Source of the DNA: Candidatus Pacearchaeota archaeon
GTDB taxonomy: Archaea; Nanobdellota; Nanobdellia; Pacearchaeales; GW2011-AR1
DNA: 64,000 nt
Assembly (NCBI GenBank): GCA_016866975.1
Contig: VGKP01000001.1
Coordinates: 1-64,000 of the forward strand
Reading direction: 5' to 3'
Of this stretch, positions 46,902 through 56,863 are shown piece after piece. How positions within the stretch are numbered: position 1 is the stretch's first letter; each line of letters begins with the position of its first letter. The notes below the pieces were generated by a model. That model saw only the letters and a program-made list of their open reading frames with translations. It did not search any database and was not told the origin of the DNA. The position numbers were made by a program, and so were the translations under genes.

Positions 46902-47219
46902 TTAGAATGTCTCTTTGACGAGCTTGAGAATTTCGGCTTTGGAGATTGCGCCGGTGTGCGCATAGACCATCTTGCCGTCTTTGAAAAACATTGTTGTGGG
47001 TATGCTCATGATATTGAAACGATCGGAGAGCTCGAAATGGTCCTCAACATTGACTTTTCCGAAATGCACTTTTCCCTTTAATTCCCGCGCTGCTGCTTCA
47101 AATTCAGGAGCCATCATCTTGCACGGTCCGCACCAACTTGCCCAAAAATCAATAATCCAATGCCCTTTTTTGGTTTTCGAATCAAATGTACCTGTAGTCA
47201 GCTCTATTGTATCTGTCAT
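46902..47219 (-). CDS. trxA: thioredoxin
   Basis: DFWASWCGPCK and IMSIPT motifs. Confidence 0.97.
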   Translation of the reverse strand: MTDTIELTTGTFDSKTKKGHWIIDFWASWCGPCKMMAPEFEAAARELKGKVHFGKVNVEDHFELSDRFNIMSIPTTMFFKDGKMVYAHTGAISKAEILKLVKETF

Positions 47220-47300
47220 GATAACCTCTTTGATTGAGATGTTCGGGAATGCGAGTTAATAAATGTTATGTCTTTATTGTATTTGTCTAAGATAATTAAT

Positions 47301-47318
47301 CCTTGACAGCTGTCAAGG
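47301..47318. promoter_or_regulatory. perfect 18-bp palindrome between divergent genes (candidate operator or element-end relic)
   Basis: CCTTGACAGCTGTCAAGG. Confidence 0.45.
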
Positions 47319-47367
47319 AATTTATGGTTTATTAGAATATTTTAAATACTCATCATTTTCGATATAT

Positions 47368-48276
47368 TTGATGAATTTAAAAGATTTATACATTGGGATG
47401 ATAGGAGTTTTTCTAGCTAGCGCAGCATGTGATTCAAAGATAAAAAGATCAGAGCATTCTTCAATAGAATCTCGTGTAAAAATAAATAACCTTGAGACAA
47501 ACAGAATTTCATTGACAAATGATTTTTTTGCAGATGGTACTCTTAATGTAGGAGTTGTTAGTGATATTGAAGGTGCCATTGACAGAGCTGAATTAAGCGC
47601 AAAGGCATTGAAGGACAATAAAGTCGATATAATCCTTATTGCTGGAGACCTATATGAGAATGAAAATATACGGAAGAATCCTTTGTATCCAACTTCAACT
47701 AATAATGTTGATGAAATGTTATCTGGTATCAGACCATATGCAAAAATTGGCGTACCTGTATTTGTGATTGCTGGCAATCATGAAGAATCTCCTGTTTATA
47801 CTAATGCCCTTGCACTATTGAAGAAGGAATTTCCTCATGTGCATGATATCTCCCGACGTTCTGCTGACCTAAATGGCATTAATATTGTTGGCCTTGGAGG
47901 CTATCACGACCCTAAATTTATTGCTAAGCAGGGTTTTATGATTAAAAGACAAGATTATATGCGTTCTGAAAACGAAATAGTAGAACTAATGCAAAAAAAA
48001 GATCCTTTGGTTTTTATGACTCATGGTCCACCCCTTGCAACTAATAATATAGATTATGTGAAAGGCGTAGGCCATGTTGGAGATCCTGAAATTGCGCGCA
48101 TTCTCTCTAATAAATATAGTCGACAAATCACTCATGTGCATGGACATATCCATGAAGGAGGGGGAACTAATTCTTATTATCCTGCTGGCTTTTCTATCAA
48201 TGTCTCATCTATCACTCCTTATAATTCCTCACAAAGAGAGCTTGACCATACTATTTTGATTTATCCTAAGAAGTAA
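47368..48276 (+). CDS. secreted/lipoprotein metallophosphoesterase
   Basis: Leader ending ASAAC; VSDIEG, AGDL, AGNHE, THGPP and HGHIHE motifs. Confidence 0.88.
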   Translation: MMNLKDLYIGMIGVFLASAACDSKIKRSEHSSIESRVKINNLETNRISLTNDFFADGTLNVGVVSDIEGAIDRAELSAKALKDNKVDIILIAGDLYENENIRKNPLYPTSTNNVDEMLSGIRPYAKIGVPVFVIAGNHEESPVYTNALALLKKEFPHVHDISRRSADLNGINIVGLGGYHDPKFIAKQGFMIKRQDYMRSENEIVELMQKKDPLVFMTHGPPLATNNIDYVKGVGHVGDPEIARILSNKYSRQITHVHGHIHEGGGTNSYYPAGFSINVSSITPYNSSQRELDHTILIYPKK

Positions 48277-51200
48277 TTATTCTCCACAGCCACTTCTTGT
48301 TGTCTGCTTGCAAGAAGGGCAGTAGATGGCGCAATTACCCATACGCTTTGCAGAACTGCCACATTGAGGGCAGACAAGGCCCTCATTGCCGAAATCCTTA
48401 AGTGATTTCTGCTCTTCGTTAGTATTAATGGCTGTCGGTGTTTCTGAATGCTGCTGATGAGCCTCTATGGGGGCTATCTCTATCTCCACATCCATCTTAG
48501 GGGTCTTGCCAAAAGTCTGTATCATGAACTGGGCAACATAGTCGATTATAGATGATGCTGTGCGTATCATTGGTCTGTTCTTATCTAATTCTCCAGGAGG
48601 AGTATTCCTTACGAAACCAGATGGCTCAAACTTCTGATGCCTGAATTTATTGAATAATATCTCTACAGGTATCCCATATTGAAGATTTAAGGATATCGAT
48701 GCCGCCCATGCATCCATAAGTCCTCTGATTGTGGATCCCTCCTTGCTCATAGTGATGAATATCTCTCCTGGTTTGCCATCATCATACAAACCTATCGTGA
48801 GATATCCTTTATGTCCTGCAATCTCGAATCTATGCGTTATGGATTTCCTTGTCTGAGGCATATCCTGCTGTTGCATCCTAACTACCTGGACTGTCTGTTG
48901 CTGCTTCTTCACCATCTCTCCTTCTGTCTTCTGGGTGTTTAGTGGCTGACTGCGCTTGCTATTCTCTCTATAGATTGCGACTGCTTTCAATCCTTGCTCC
49001 CATGCGAATACATAGGCATCCATGATATCATCGACAGTGGCTTGCTCTGGAAGATTGACTGTCTTACTTATAGCTCCGGAGATGAATGGTTGTGTTACTG
49101 CCATCATCTTTATATGCCCTTTATAATGTATAGCTCTCTTTCCTTTTGCTGGCTTGAAAGCACAGTCAAAGATAGGTAGATGTTCTTGCCTTATCCAAGG
49201 TGCTCCCTCTATGGTGTCGTTCTTATCTATATATTGAATTATTTCCTGGACTTGTTCGTGGCCATATCCTAGAGAGGTTAATGCTATTGGTACTGAACGA
49301 TTAACTAACTTCAACATCCCTCCTCCTGAAAGGACTTTGTATTTAACAAGAGCGATATCTGGCTCTATACCTGTAGTATCACAGTCCATCATGAAAGCTA
49401 TTGTGCCAGTTGGGGCTAATACAGTAGTCTGTGCGTTCCTATATCCAAATTTCTCTCCTAGTTCTATAGCCTCTGTCCAAGAATCCCAGGCCTCATTTAC
49501 AAGAAACTTAAGGTGAGATGGCATTTTTGTGACTTGTATCTCCTTGACATGTTCCCTGTGCATATTCATCACTTGGAGCATTGGCTCTTTATTCTTTTCA
49601 TATCCAGGGAATGGACCCATTAAGGCTGCAAGTTCTGCTGATGTCTTGTAAGCCTCACCGCACATGATTGCAGTTATGGCTGCTGCAACTGCTCTGCCTT
49701 CATCTGAATCATAAGGAAGCCCGAAACTCATAAGCAATGCACCTAGATTTGCATATCCTAAACCTAATGTCCTGAAAATATGAGACCTTTCGGCTATATC
49801 TTGGGTAGGATAGCTTGCTCCATCTACAATTATATCCATTGAAGTTATAAAATTCCTTACTACTGCCTTGAATTTCTGGACATCAAAATTTCCATCTGGG
49901 GTAAGGAATTTCATCAGATTGATTGATGCTAAATTGCAGGCAGTATCGTCCAAGAAGAGGTATTCACTGCAATTATGCGCCGTAATGCCATTGGGCATAA
50001 AGGTATGGGTTAAAGGTTCTGTAAGATCATACACATCTTCTTCACCTTTGTAGACAAGAGAGGCTACAGCATCAATAGGCAGATCGCGATAGGTTGTTAC
50101 CGATTCATTCAATGCTTTTAGTTTTGCAGCTTTAGGAGACTCCGCTATAAATCCTATATATTTTTCAAAAAGATTCCTGCTCGAACGAGAAATGCGAAGT
50201 GAATGTATTTCAAGAACTTCGTATTCTTTCATCCCTCCTTTTCCATCAGGCAAGTGAGAATGTAAATTTCCTGCTCTTCGGTTTTTATAGAGCTTGCTTT
50301 TAATTCCAAATCCTAAGAGAAGTGTTTGAACTCCCTTGAGTAATTGCAAACTTGTAGAATCTAAAGAGATATATTGAGATTTTTCACCATAATTCGCAAC
50401 TGTTCCATCCGTAGTAAAGAGTCCTTGAATAACATACTTCTGTGCTGAAAGTGGAAGGGCAAAGATTGCATCTGAGATGGTCTTTTGATGAGAATAGAGT
50501 GATAAGTCAAGCATCCCGTTAATTTTCTGTACTAGAGCAGTATTCGCAATATTATACTTTGCAGAAGTCTGCGTTATTTGGACTTGTGCAGGTGAAGACT
50601 TATGAGTTGTTCGTTCATAATGTTTTGCGATATGCTCTGAAAAAGCCTGAAGAATAGGGATTTCATCCTTTTTGCTCATCGTAATCTGAATTGCATTATC
50701 TTCTGTTCCTTTTCTTGATCCATCTCCGAGATAAATGCCTATAAGTTGATAGAAACGTTTTTCCTCTTCTGGCAATTCCTGGAGTTCTGCTACTGGGTGG
50801 GCAGGAAGAAGAAGGTGATCGTCTTTTGTTAATTCGCAGGCCTTTACAAATCCTCTATTTATAGTAAACATTTGATGGTCTGCGGTTAAATTTAATTCGT
50901 AACCTGATTGCGTGGTTAGAGTATAAACTGGTTTTTTTCCAGTCTTAAAAGACCCATCAATATTCGCTTCCTGAATAATCCCTGTATTCGTAAGAATTGT
51001 TGTGGGTTTTCCTATAAGTTGGTCTATTCTGAACCACTTCCCATCTTTTGTCAATACTTTAGTATCCCCTGTGAAACATGGATTTGTTGCGTTGATCCTG
51101 CCAGAATTCTTACAAGTATGGTATTTTTGGATAACTGAATCGCACTGGATTCCAGGATCTCCGCATATCCAAGTACCTTCTGCAATTGCGCGCATTATAT

Positions 51201-52242
51201 CTTTTGCCTTAAATGTCTCTATTGGCCTCCCATCCATCACCGCCTTTGTCTGCCATTCACCGTCTTCCCTCACAGCATTCATGAATTCATCGGTAACTCT
51301 GACTGACATATTGCAATTCTGGAAGAAAATACTACTATATGCCTCTCCATTCATCCCTCCACTATACCCTTGCTCTATCAAAGCCCAAGCTTTCTTTTCT
51401 TCACTCTGTTTAGAATTGATAAATTCCATTATATCTGGATGTGAGACATTAAGAATCTCCATCTTGGCCGCCCTTCTAGTCTTTCCTCCAGATTTGATTA
51501 TGTTGGCATATGCGTCATAGCCTCTCATGAACGATACTGGTCCTGAAGCCCTGCCTCCTCCAGTTATCTTCTCTTTTGAGCTTCTTAGTGGAGAACGATT
51601 GGTTCCTGTCCCAGATCCTGCCTTGAACAGAATAGCTTCAGCAGTCTGCACCTTCAAAATCGACTCCATATTATCTTCTATACTTAAAATAAAGCAAGCA
51701 GAACATTGAGGCCGATCATCTGATTTTATAGCCTTGACAACTTTCTGAGAGTCATTGTCCCATTTCCATGCAGATACACCGCCTGCTTCCTTGTTGTATT
51801 CACAGATGCCTGCATTAAACCAGACTGGGGAATTGAAGACGCAAAGCTGATTAAGAGTTATCGATGCTATCTCGTCCCTCAATAGATTTGCTTGTGCTTC
51901 ATTAAAGTATTTCTGCTCAAATGCCTGTCTGCCTATGTATCTTGAGACTCTCCCTATAATCTTCTCCACAGAATTTTCTCTTTCTCCCTTGGCCTGGTCT
52001 CCCCAGAAATATTTGCTGGCTACTACTTTTATGGCTAAGGGGCTCCAAAAGTCTGGTCTTCTTACAGAAGGCTGAGTGAATATAGGTTTGCCCATGTCAT
52101 CCGTTACCTTGACATCTTCTGCTACCCATTTTATTGGATTCCCATAAAGGTCGAATTCAAATGGACTCTTGCCTTCAAAACTGAAGGTTCTCGAAATTTG
52201 CATTTTCCCTAGACTTAGTTGTTCTATTTTTTCAGGCGTCAC
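48277..52242 (-). CDS. nrdJ: adenosylcobalamin-dependent class II ribonucleotide reductase with intein, C-terminal TSCPD/Zn-ribbon region
   Basis: FNSPVWFN, SACFI, TNP[intein]CSE, ACNLASINL, APTGTIAFM, GAISKTVN. Confidence 0.95.
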   Translation of the reverse strand: MTPEKIEQLSLGKMQISRTFSFEGKSPFEFDLYGNPIKWVAEDVKVTDDMGKPIFTQPSVRRPDFWSPLAIKVVASKYFWGDQAKGERENSVEKIIGRVSRYIGRQAFEQKYFNEAQANLLRDEIASITLNQLCVFNSPVWFNAGICEYNKEAGGVSAWKWDNDSQKVVKAIKSDDRPQCSACFILSIEDNMESILKVQTAEAILFKAGSGTGTNRSPLRSSKEKITGGGRASGPVSFMRGYDAYANIIKSGGKTRRAAKMEILNVSHPDIMEFINSKQSEEKKAWALIEQGYSGGMNGEAYSSIFFQNCNMSVRVTDEFMNAVREDGEWQTKAVMDGRPIETFKAKDIMRAIAEGTWICGDPGIQCDSVIQKYHTCKNSGRINATNPCFTGDTKVLTKDGKWFRIDQLIGKPTTILTNTGIIQEANIDGSFKTGKKPVYTLTTQSGYELNLTADHQMFTINRGFVKACELTKDDHLLLPAHPVAELQELPEEEKRFYQLIGIYLGDGSRKGTEDNAIQITMSKKDEIPILQAFSEHIAKHYERTTHKSSPAQVQITQTSAKYNIANTALVQKINGMLDLSLYSHQKTISDAIFALPLSAQKYVIQGLFTTDGTVANYGEKSQYISLDSTSLQLLKGVQTLLLGFGIKSKLYKNRRAGNLHSHLPDGKGGMKEYEVLEIHSLRISRSSRNLFEKYIGFIAESPKAAKLKALNESVTTYRDLPIDAVASLVYKGEEDVYDLTEPLTHTFMPNGITAHNCSEYLFLDDTACNLASINLMKFLTPDGNFDVQKFKAVVRNFITSMDIIVDGASYPTQDIAERSHIFRTLGLGYANLGALLMSFGLPYDSDEGRAVAAAITAIMCGEAYKTSAELAALMGPFPGYEKNKEPMLQVMNMHREHVKEIQVTKMPSHLKFLVNEAWDSWTEAIELGEKFGYRNAQTTVLAPTGTIAFMMDCDTTGIEPDIALVKYKVLSGGGMLKLVNRSVPIALTSLGYGHEQVQEIIQYIDKNDTIEGAPWIRQEHLPIFDCAFKPAKGKRAIHYKGHIKMMAVTQPFISGAISKTVNLPEQATVDDIMDAYVFAWEQGLKAVAIYRENSKRSQPLNTQKTEGEMVKKQQQTVQVVRMQQQDMPQTRKSITHRFEIAGHKGYLTIGLYDDGKPGEIFITMSKEGSTIRGLMDAWAASISLNLQYGIPVEILFNKFRHQKFEPSGFVRNTPPGELDKNRPMIRTASSIIDYVAQFMIQTFGKTPKMDVEIEIAPIEAHQQHSETPTAINTNEEQKSLKDFGNEGLVCPQCGSSAKRMGNCAIYCPSCKQTTRSGCGE
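49972..51078 (-). mobile_element. LAGLIDADG intein (369 aa) in nrdJ
   Basis: Starts CFTGDTKV; block B TADH; endonuclease motifs IGIYLGDG and IQGLFTTDG; ends VYDL...AHN followed by C(+1)SE. Confidence 0.95.
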
Positions 52243-52499
52243 GCTGCAACACCTCTCTGAAGCTCTGTAATACGGTCTGCAAGAACAATCTTTCCCCTGC
52301 CAGGTCGACCTTCATAGGCAAGAAATTGAAACGCCTCACTTTCCTTATGAAAATAATAATTATCGCCATCTTCATCGATAAAGTGAACAAGACCTTTTAA
52401 TGACCAGCGCTGAGAATCTCCTCTCAATACGAGACCTTGGCTTTGCAAATGTTCTAGTGTGTACTCTGCTCTGTTTTCAAGAAATGATGTTGCACCCAT
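52239..52499 (-). CDS. hypothetical protein
   Basis: 86-aa ORF translationally coupled between nrdR and nrdJ. Confidence 0.65.
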   Translation of the reverse strand: MGATSFLENRAEYTLEHLQSQGLVLRGDSQRWSLKGLVHFIDEDGDNYYFHKESEAFQFLAYEGRPGRGKIVLADRITELQRGVAA

Positions 52500-52936
52500 T
52501 ATACAAGCTCCTTTATCTCTTTCTTGAAATCTTCAAGATCCCTAAAATCCCTATAGACTGAGGCAAATCTTATGTAAGCTATCTTATCAGATTTCTTTAA
52601 CTCTCTAGAAACTGTCTCCCCTATTAGGGACGATTTTACCTCTTTCCCGTGTTTTCTCAATTTCTCTTCTATCGATGTAAGCATTTTTTCTATTTTTTCT
52701 GATCCAATGGGCCTCTTCTCACAGGCCTTCACCAGTCCTCTTTTTATTTTTTCTCGATCAAAGTCCTCCATCCGACCATCTTTCTTAATGACTCTTAAGT
52801 GGATGTCTTCAACCTTCTCAAGAGTGTTATAGCGTCTCTCACACTTAAGACACTCTCTCCTTCTTCGGGTAAAATTATCTATATCTCTCTTGTCCACTAC
52901 CTTAGTATCTTCATTATTGCAGTAGGGACATTTCAT
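52499..52936 (-). CDS. nrdR: transcriptional repressor NrdR
   Basis: MKCPYC...RRRRECLKC Zn ribbon, ATP-cone VIKKDG..EDFDREKI, AYIRFASVY. Confidence 0.97.
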   Translation of the reverse strand: MKCPYCNNEDTKVVDKRDIDNFTRRRRECLKCERRYNTLEKVEDIHLRVIKKDGRMEDFDREKIKRGLVKACEKRPIGSEKIEKMLTSIEEKLRKHGKEVKSSLIGETVSRELKKSDKIAYIRFASVYRDFRDLEDFKKEIKELV

Positions 52937-52949
52937 TCCTTCTTGTTTA

Positions 52950-52997
52950 CCCCAAGATGTTGTGTCTCAGAGCAATTCCGGACACAATACCTTGTAA
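52950..52997. promoter_or_regulatory. tandem NrdR boxes
   Basis: CCCCAAGATGTTGTGT (52950-65) and ACACAATACCTTGTAA (52982-97) match the consensus acaCwAtATaTwGtgt, offset 32 bp, just upstream of nrdR. Confidence 0.8.
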
Positions 52998-53192
52998 TTT
53001 TATTTTTTAACTGCATTTACTATTTAAATGTTTCTTCAAAAATAAATCTTTCGTCGCTGTTTTAGAAGAAATATTATTTTGTCACTTTGTCATGATTATT
53101 TTTGGATTTTCCCTCGAGACTCCGTCGGAAAATATTTCCCATACCCTGATTGCGATAGGAATATTTAAATTGAGGCAGATATTGATTGTTTC

Positions 53193-53432
53193 ATGAATAC
53201 AAAGTTCAAAAGACATCAATCCGTAGTGCTTATTAGAGATCCAGACCCTGAGTACGTAGAGTATCATAATGAGGATGACGCTGAATTTAAGGAGATACCT
53301 ATTAAGAAAGGCATGAAAGGAAAAGTCAATGTATTGCTCCCTAATGGCAAGTATCATGTAGAAGTATTTGATTCCAAAGGCAATATCCTTGCTTATGTGC
53401 CTATGAACGAAGAAGATCTAGAGGCAGAATAA
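53193..53432 (+). CDS. small hypothetical (SH3-like beta) protein
   Basis: 79-aa ORF with IKKGMKGKVNVLLPNGKYHVEV. Confidence 0.6.
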   Translation: MNTKFKRHQSVVLIRDPDPEYVEYHNEDDAEFKEIPIKKGMKGKVNVLLPNGKYHVEVFDSKGNILAYVPMNEEDLEAE

Positions 53433-53737
53433 TGGTCCGTTTTGCGACTGGCACTGTGCATAAGGTGCCATCTGACTTGAAAAAGGCCTTATGCGCTGAT
53501 TCAAGAGCTTTAGCAGAATGGAATGATATTACATCGCTTGCCCGCAATGAATGGATATGCTGGGTCACTTTTGTGAGGAAAGAAGAGACAAGAAAAGAGC
53601 ACCTTAATAGACTATTAATAGAAATTAAAGAAGGAAAGCGGCGGCCGTGCTGTTGGATAGGCTGCATCCATCGAAAAGACAAAACTATAAGTCCTTCAGT
53701 GAGAGGAATACTAGAAAGAAGAAAAAATAAGTCGTGA
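53432..53737 (+). CDS. YdeI/OmpD-associated family protein
   Basis: VPSDLKKAL, WNDITSLARNEWICWV, KEETR and GKRRPCCW motifs. Confidence 0.85.
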   Translation: MVRFATGTVHKVPSDLKKALCADSRALAEWNDITSLARNEWICWVTFVRKEETRKEHLNRLLIEIKEGKRRPCCWIGCIHRKDKTISPSVRGILERRKNKS

Positions 53738-53779
53738 TGAGATGGAAATCTTTAATAATAGATATTTAGTTGTTTTTTT

Positions 53780-54163
53780 ATGAATGATCCTATATCTGAG
53801 CTAAGATTAACTGTTGGAAAGTATTTGCAAGGCAGTGGTCCTGAAGGAGAGCATCTTGACCAATGTTACTTGGTCCGGGCTAGATCTGAGATATTGAAAG
53901 GTTGGTATGGGGAAAAATTTACTAGATTCAAAGAGTCTTATTTTACGATATCTACTTATGTTTGTGGCAGAAATGGCCTTGAAAATCCTGAATTTATACC
54001 ACTCAGAGATTCTTTCTTCCATGTGCAGGGAATCATTAATAACTGTCGCCCCGCTCATTTTGATAAAGAACGTGCGTATTCTCATCTTTCAGGATTGTTT
54101 ACTGCTTTGGAATTAATGGAGCTAATTTCGTCTGACGGAATGGAAATCCGAAGAGAAATTTAG
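53780..54163 (+). CDS. hypothetical protein
   Basis: 127-aa ORF. Confidence 0.55.
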   Translation: MNDPISELRLTVGKYLQGSGPEGEHLDQCYLVRARSEILKGWYGEKFTRFKESYFTISTYVCGRNGLENPEFIPLRDSFFHVQGIINNCRPAHFDKERAYSHLSGLFTALELMELISSDGMEIRREI

Positions 54164-54212
54164 CAAGATAGTTTTATATATGCCTTGGTATTTAATTGCC
54201 TTGAGGTGATAA

Positions 54213-55073
54213 ATGTTAATAGCTGGTTTTCCTGATACTAGAGAGATTGCTAAGAGAGTTGCACAGTCATTAGGGGCACATTATACTGAAGTCAAAGTAA
54301 AAGATTTCCCTGATTCTGAGTTCCATATAAAATTAAAGAAGAATCCTGCCCATCAGACTGTTGTTTTCATCACATCAATCACCAAGGATCCAGATGATAA
54401 ATTGATAGAGACTATCCTTGCATCAGGGATAGCAAAAGATTATGGAGCAAAGAAAGTAGTAGTGGTCGCAACATATTTCCCCTATATGAGGCAAGACAAG
54501 CATTTCAAGAAATATGATAGTTTCTCTTCAAAATATATTCTGGATATGTTCAAGCATGTTGATAAACTGCTTGTCATTGATCCCCACCTGCACAGAATAC
54601 CTAAGATGGAAAAATTGCTGCCGCAAGCGCATGCTTTCACAGTGAATGACCTTCTTGTAGAGTACATAAAGAAAAGATTCAAGGATGACTTTTCCATAGT
54701 CGGTCCAGATGAAGAGAGTGCACAGTGGAGCCAGAAGATAGCAGACAAGCTTGGAAAGAAAGTGGTTATACTGAAAAAAACAAGATTCTCTTCGACACAT
54801 GTCAAGATAAAAGAAAAACCTCTTGGAAAAAATATAATAATCATAGATGATATAATAAGCACTGGAAAGACAATAGTGGAGACGATAAAGATGGCCAAAA
54901 GGCAGGGAGCAAATAGGATAATCTGCATGGGTATCCATGGAGTACTTGTAAATAAGGCGGATAAGCACATCTCAAAGCACGCTGAACTGATAACTACCAA
55001 CACCATAGAAAACAAATATGCAAAGATAGATGTTTCACCAGCAATTGTAAACATTCTGAAGAAATATCGCTAA
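54213..55073 (+). CDS. prs: ribose-phosphate pyrophosphokinase
   Basis: FPDSE, YFPYMRQDK, IDPHL, VGPD and IIDDIISTGKT motifs. Confidence 0.95.
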   Translation: MLIAGFPDTREIAKRVAQSLGAHYTEVKVKDFPDSEFHIKLKKNPAHQTVVFITSITKDPDDKLIETILASGIAKDYGAKKVVVVATYFPYMRQDKHFKKYDSFSSKYILDMFKHVDKLLVIDPHLHRIPKMEKLLPQAHAFTVNDLLVEYIKKRFKDDFSIVGPDEESAQWSQKIADKLGKKVVILKKTRFSSTHVKIKEKPLGKNIIIIDDIISTGKTIVETIKMAKRQGANRIICMGIHGVLVNKADKHISKHAELITTNTIENKYAKIDVSPAIVNILKKYR

Positions 55074-55103
55074 TTTTATAAGACATCTACCTCATACCAT
55101 CTG

Positions 55104-56396
55104 ATGGTAAAAGACATAGTTTTTGTTGTATTTGGGGGGACGGGAGACTTGATGAGGAGAAAACTGGCTCCTGCCATATCAAAGCTTTCTGAGAAAAATC
55201 TTATAGGCAAAGATTCCATATTGATTGGGGTATCAAGAAAGAAACTTAGTAATGAAGAATATAAAGAATATATAAATTCTGGGGCTAGCGGACTGAATTC
55301 TTTAAAAGTGATTTATGAATCTGGAGATGCCTCGAAAGCTGATGGATTGGACAATCTCATGGAAAGGCTCAAAAATTTTAAAGATAAAGAGAAAATCTTT
55401 TATCTTGCGACCTCTTTCAAGCTTTTTCCTTCCATTCTTGGCAGACTTAAAAAAGAAGGATTTGATGATAATTCAAAGATAGTGTTTGAAAAGCCATTCG
55501 GAAATGACCTCAAATCTTCTGATTTGTTGAATGATGATATAAAGGCATATTTTCCAGAGGAGAAAACATTCAGAATAGACCATTATTTAGCGAAAGAGAC
55601 TGTCCTTAATCTCACAACTCTAAAGTTCTCTAATCCAGTGATACACGACCTCATGAATAATAATTATGTGGATAAGATAGAGATAATCGCACATGAAGAT
55701 CTTGGAGTAAAGGATAGGATAGAATACTATAATGATTCTGGAGCGATAAAGGACATGATACAAAGCCATCTTCTCCAGATACTAGCTTTGCTCCTTGCAG
55801 AAAAGCAAGGCAATATCCATGAAGAAAAAAGAAATATATTGTCCGATATTAATATCATGGATTCCCCGTTAAATATTATAGGGCAATACAAGTCATATGC
55901 TGATGAATTGAGAGCAAAAGAGATCCCCCATTCAAAGACAGAGACATTTGCACAGATAGCATTGGAATGCAAGAATAGCACATGGGGAGGCGTGCCTTTG
56001 ATAGTAAGCACTGGAAAGAAACTCAAGAGTAAATATGGCCAGATAAAAATATCCTTCAAAAGCGAGAAAGGCATTCCATCCAATATGCTTATCGTAGATA
56101 TATATCCTAAACAAGATATAGCTATGATATTGAATTCCAGGATGCCTGGCAGCGATATGTTTAAACCTGTAAGACTTGAATTTTGCAGGGAGTGTGAATT
56201 TGGCCCCAATAGCCCAGATGAATATTCTGTCCTCTTAAACGAGATAATAAAAGGTGAGAATCTGCTTTTCCCAAAATATGAAGAAGTAAGAGAATCCTGG
56301 AGAATTGTAGAGGATATTGAATCTCTGAGGAAGGGTATGAATTTAGTAATATATGATGATGGGAGCAATCTTGCCGACATTATTTCTAGGGATTAG
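55104..56396 (+). CDS. zwf: glucose-6-phosphate 1-dehydrogenase (bacterial type)
   Basis: FGGTGDL.RRKL.P, EKPFG, RIDHYLAKE, DMIQSHLLQ and WGGVP...TGK motifs. Confidence 0.95.
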   Translation: MVKDIVFVVFGGTGDLMRRKLAPAISKLSEKNLIGKDSILIGVSRKKLSNEEYKEYINSGASGLNSLKVIYESGDASKADGLDNLMERLKNFKDKEKIFYLATSFKLFPSILGRLKKEGFDDNSKIVFEKPFGNDLKSSDLLNDDIKAYFPEEKTFRIDHYLAKETVLNLTTLKFSNPVIHDLMNNNYVDKIEIIAHEDLGVKDRIEYYNDSGAIKDMIQSHLLQILALLLAEKQGNIHEEKRNILSDINIMDSPLNIIGQYKSYADELRAKEIPHSKTETFAQIALECKNSTWGGVPLIVSTGKKLKSKYGQIKISFKSEKGIPSNMLIVDIYPKQDIAMILNSRMPGSDMFKPVRLEFCRECEFGPNSPDEYSVLLNEIIKGENLLFPKYEEVRESWRIVEDIESLRKGMNLVIYDDGSNLADIISRD

Positions 56397-56671
56397 TTGA
56401 CTTTTCTTCTTATTAGTGCAATAAACCCTAAAATCAAGCATAGAATGCCTATGAATAGAAAAAATGTTTGCCAAAATAAGAAATCTTGTTGTGTACATGT
56501 ATGCAGAGAAATAAGACACGATCCAAAGAGACAGAGATATTCGCATTGTCCTATTTGGAGAGGGCCTAGATGAATGAGGACGCCCACTATTGTAAAGACA
56601 AAGCCTACTAAAAGAGATATTGCTATTCCTAATTTGCTATCTTTGGGAAGAATAATATGATTCTTTGCCAT
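56393..56671 (-). CDS. small membrane protein
   Basis: Two TM helices separated by a Cys-rich loop. Confidence 0.55.
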   Translation of the reverse strand: MAKNHIILPKDSKLGIAISLLVGFVFTIVGVLIHLGPLQIGQCEYLCLFGSCLISLHTCTQQDFLFWQTFFLFIGILCLILGFIALIRRKVN

Positions 56672-56863
56672 TGAAGGAAACAGTAATATGCATTATAAAA
56701 ATATTCCTAAGAGAATTTTATAAAAGATGAAGTTTTATTAAAAGATGAAAAAGTTGGTTGTATTTGTTTTTAATCCTTCTAATGATTAAAAATTCCTATT
56801 CCATCCTAATAAGATTTAAATCCGTAAGGATATGTTTAAATACGTCTTTCTTTTAATATTTCT

